From an uncultured Anaerolineae bacterium (GTDB taxonomy: Bacteria; Chloroflexota; Anaerolineae; JAADDB01), in contig CAYPUG010000002.1 in assembly GCA_964413905.1 (NCBI GenBank), positions 1 to 61,693 on the forward strand: DNA of 61,693 nucleotides, given 5' to 3'. The translations under genes were made by a program, and so were the position numbers. The notes beneath the pieces were generated by a model, which was not told where the DNA came from, ran no database searches, and was given only the letters and a program-made list of their open reading frames with translations. Shown here in pieces: positions 59,922-61,693 of this stretch. Position 1 is the first letter of the stretch. The number at the start of each line of letters is the position of its first letter.

Positions 59922-60785
59922 ATGTCACTCTGGAACATCCTGCTGGACACGTTGACACAAGGCAGCATTTACTTCCTCATCGCCGTGGGCCTGACCATGG
60001 TGTACGGGATCTTGAAGATCCTGCACATCGCGCACGCGGCCGTGTACGCGATCGGTGCGGGGGTCGGGCTCGCGGTGTTCAACCTGACGGGGAGTTTCTG
60101 GCTGGCCCTGATCGCGGCCATGCTGGTCAGTGGACTTATCGGTGTGCTCATCTACCGGGGCGTGTACTTCTACATGCTGGATCAATCCCGCATCGTGCCG
60201 CTGATCACCAGCGTGGGCCTCTTCCTCCTCATCGAAGATGTGCTGCAGAAGCCCTATCTGATGGGGCCCTACCAGCACGCGTTTCCCGCGCAGGAGGTGT
60301 TTCCCTCCATCACGCTGCCGTGGGGCACGATCCCCAACGCGCAGGTAATGATCCTGACCCTAACGGGGGTAGCCCTGGTCGCGCTATACCTGATCTTCAC
60401 CCGCACTCGGCTGGGGCTGGCCTGGCAGGCGGCCGCGCAGGACCGGGAGATGGCCGGGTCGGTGGGGATTAATCTCAACCGCGCGATTGCGCTGAACTTC
60501 CTCCTGGGCTCCGCGCTGGCGGGCGCAGCCGGGGTGCTGGTGGGGGTATTCTACAACAGCGTCTACGCGACAATGGGAGATGTGCCGTCATACAAGGCGT
60601 TCGTGGTCATTGTGCTGGGCGGCATGGGATCGGTGACGGGGACGCTGGCCGCGAGCTTTCTTCTGGCCTTCGCGGAGACGGTCCTCCTGGCGTCGGTGGG
60701 GTACGTGCTGCCCCGGGACGCCATCGCGTTCCTGGTGCTCATCTTCGTGCTCATGTTCCGACCACAGGGCCTGCTGGGGAGGTGA
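59922..60785 (+). CDS. livH: Branched-chain amino acid ABC transporter permease (LivH-like)
   Basis: Multi-pass protein with LivH-type N-terminus ...LTQGSIYFLIAVGLTMVYGIL. Confidence 0.88.
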   Translation: MSLWNILLDTLTQGSIYFLIAVGLTMVYGILKILHIAHAAVYAIGAGVGLAVFNLTGSFWLALIAAMLVSGLIGVLIYRGVYFYMLDQSRIVPLITSVGLFLLIEDVLQKPYLMGPYQHAFPAQEVFPSITLPWGTIPNAQVMILTLTGVALVALYLIFTRTRLGLAWQAAAQDREMAGSVGINLNRAIALNFLLGSALAGAAGVLVGVFYNSVYATMGDVPSYKAFVVIVLGGMGSVTGTLAASFLLAFAETVLLASVGYVLPRDAIAFLVLIFVLMFRPQGLLGR

Positions 60786-60788
60786 GGC

Positions 60789-61655
60789 ATGGGATATCTG
60801 ATCAGTATCGCCACATTCGCGTGCATTTGGGCGGTCCTGGCTCTGAGCCTCAACATCCTCACAGGCTACGCGGGCCAGGTGTCCCTGGGACACGCGGCCT
60901 TTTTCGGGATTGGGGCTTACGCGTCGGCTATGCTGACGGTGAAGGCGGGCTGGTCCTTCTGGCCCGCGTTCGTCGCGGCCATCCTCATCACCGGGGTGGT
61001 GGGCGGATTTCTCGGGTTGCCCAGCCTGCGCGTGCGCCACGATTTTCTAGTCCTGGCCACGATGGGGATCAATTTCGTGGTCATTGCCATCTTCAAGTAT
61101 GTGTCCTTCTTCGGGGGCGCACTGGGGATCATCGGCATTAAAAAACCCGCGCTCTTCGGGTGGACGCTGCGCGGTCCCTGGTTTCTGGCCCTGGCCGCGC
61201 TTTACCTGGTGCTGACGCTGTGGCTCAGCGCGTATCTCAGCCGCACCTGGGCGGGGTTGGCGCTGACCGCGCTGCGCGAGGATGAGGACGCGGCCGAGGC
61301 GGTGGGGGTAAGTGTGCCCCGGTTCAAGATCTACGCGTTCGCGATTTCCGCCGCGCTGGCCGGAGGCGCAGGGAGTCTGTACGCGCACTTCCTGGGCTCT
61401 GTGTTTCCCGATCACTTCGCGTTTGTGGAATCCATCGGCATTATGAGCATGGTGGTCTTCGGCGGCATCGGCACCCTGCGCGGCCCGGTGGTGGGAGCGT
61501 TCATCCTCAAGGCCCTGCCCGAGTACCTGCGCTTTGTGGGGGACTACCGCTACGCCATCTACGGCGGGGTCCTGGTGCTGATGATGCTCTTCCAGCCCCA
61601 GGGCATTATCGGAGACGGAAGTTGGTTGTGGAAAAGGATAAAACGCAGGTCATAA
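60789..61655 (+). CDS. livM: Branched-chain amino acid ABC transporter permease (LivM-like)
   Basis: LSLNILTGYAGQVSLGHAAFFGIGAY motif; GGGGAGGTGAGG RBS. Confidence 0.88.
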   Translation: MGYLISIATFACIWAVLALSLNILTGYAGQVSLGHAAFFGIGAYASAMLTVKAGWSFWPAFVAAILITGVVGGFLGLPSLRVRHDFLVLATMGINFVVIAIFKYVSFFGGALGIIGIKKPALFGWTLRGPWFLALAALYLVLTLWLSAYLSRTWAGLALTALREDEDAAEAVGVSVPRFKIYAFAISAALAGGAGSLYAHFLGSVFPDHFAFVESIGIMSMVVFGGIGTLRGPVVGAFILKALPEYLRFVGDYRYAIYGGVLVLMMLFQPQGIIGDGSWLWKRIKRRS

Positions 61656-61671
61656 ATAGCGGCTTTGGAGT

Positions 61672-61693
61672 GCGGCGCCCTGGCGCCGCTTTG
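61672..61693 (+). terminator. Rho-independent terminator-like hairpin after livM
   Basis: GCGGCGCC-CT-GGCGCCGC followed by TTTG at the window end. Confidence 0.55.

Overview
High-GC bacterial chromosomal segment of 61.7 kb, densely coding. I call 52 protein-coding genes, one deletion remnant (pseudogene) and one tRNA-Glu(UUC). I saw no rRNA, CRISPR array, transposase, integrase or phage genes. Content is mostly housekeeping and transport. In order: a REC-ParA/TadZ-like regulator, two tandem fold-type-IV aminotransferases, two tandem MTAP-family phosphorylases, NUDIX hydrolases, galK, purB, xseAB, a lipid kinase, anmK, a class II aldolase and fhs. Then a sugar ABC operon ending in a GntR-SBP fusion regulator, an MrfA/YprA-like DExH helicase with an inserted HNH domain, a tandem-USP protein, a peptide/nickel (Opp/Dpp-type) ABC locus with two binding proteins, glgA and alaX. 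A long co-directional block (39.7-55.9 kb) follows: MBL-fold hydrolase, TPR protein, asparaginase-family Ntn hydrolase, an unknown protein, a polyprenyl-phosphate GT2, a 937-aa GT-C (ArnT/PMT-like) enzyme, a methyltransferase, and a Wzz/Wzy-type polysaccharide operon with three GT4 enzymes and a fused Alg14-Alg13-like transferase. The window ends with a histidine-poor metallophosphoesterase-like protein, a hexapeptide acyltransferase, a HutC-type GntR regulator and a Liv-type ABC transporter. Lipoprotein binding proteins with V/T/E/K-rich linkers suggest a thermophilic Chloroflexota-like organism (low confidence, inference only). I found no clear-cut defence island or mobile element. The observations I rank highest are: (1) two families of conserved intergenic repeats, a ~100-nt hairpin-plus-tail element and a ~50-nt CTGATCGACTGACAAAACTC...GGCTTAGAAAGAG element; (2) CGTGATA heptamer arrays in front of two putative methionine-salvage genes; (3) consensus sigma70-type promoters overlapped by long perfect palindromes; (4) unusual domain architectures (GntR-SBP, helicase-HNH-DUF1998, Alg14-Alg13 fusion, REC-TadZ with a lysine-less P-loop); (5) a translationally coupled six-gene operon linking an asparaginase/glycosylasparaginase-family hydrolase to GT2 plus GT-C glycosyltransferases. 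All product calls rest on motif recognition by eye; none was verified by a database search.
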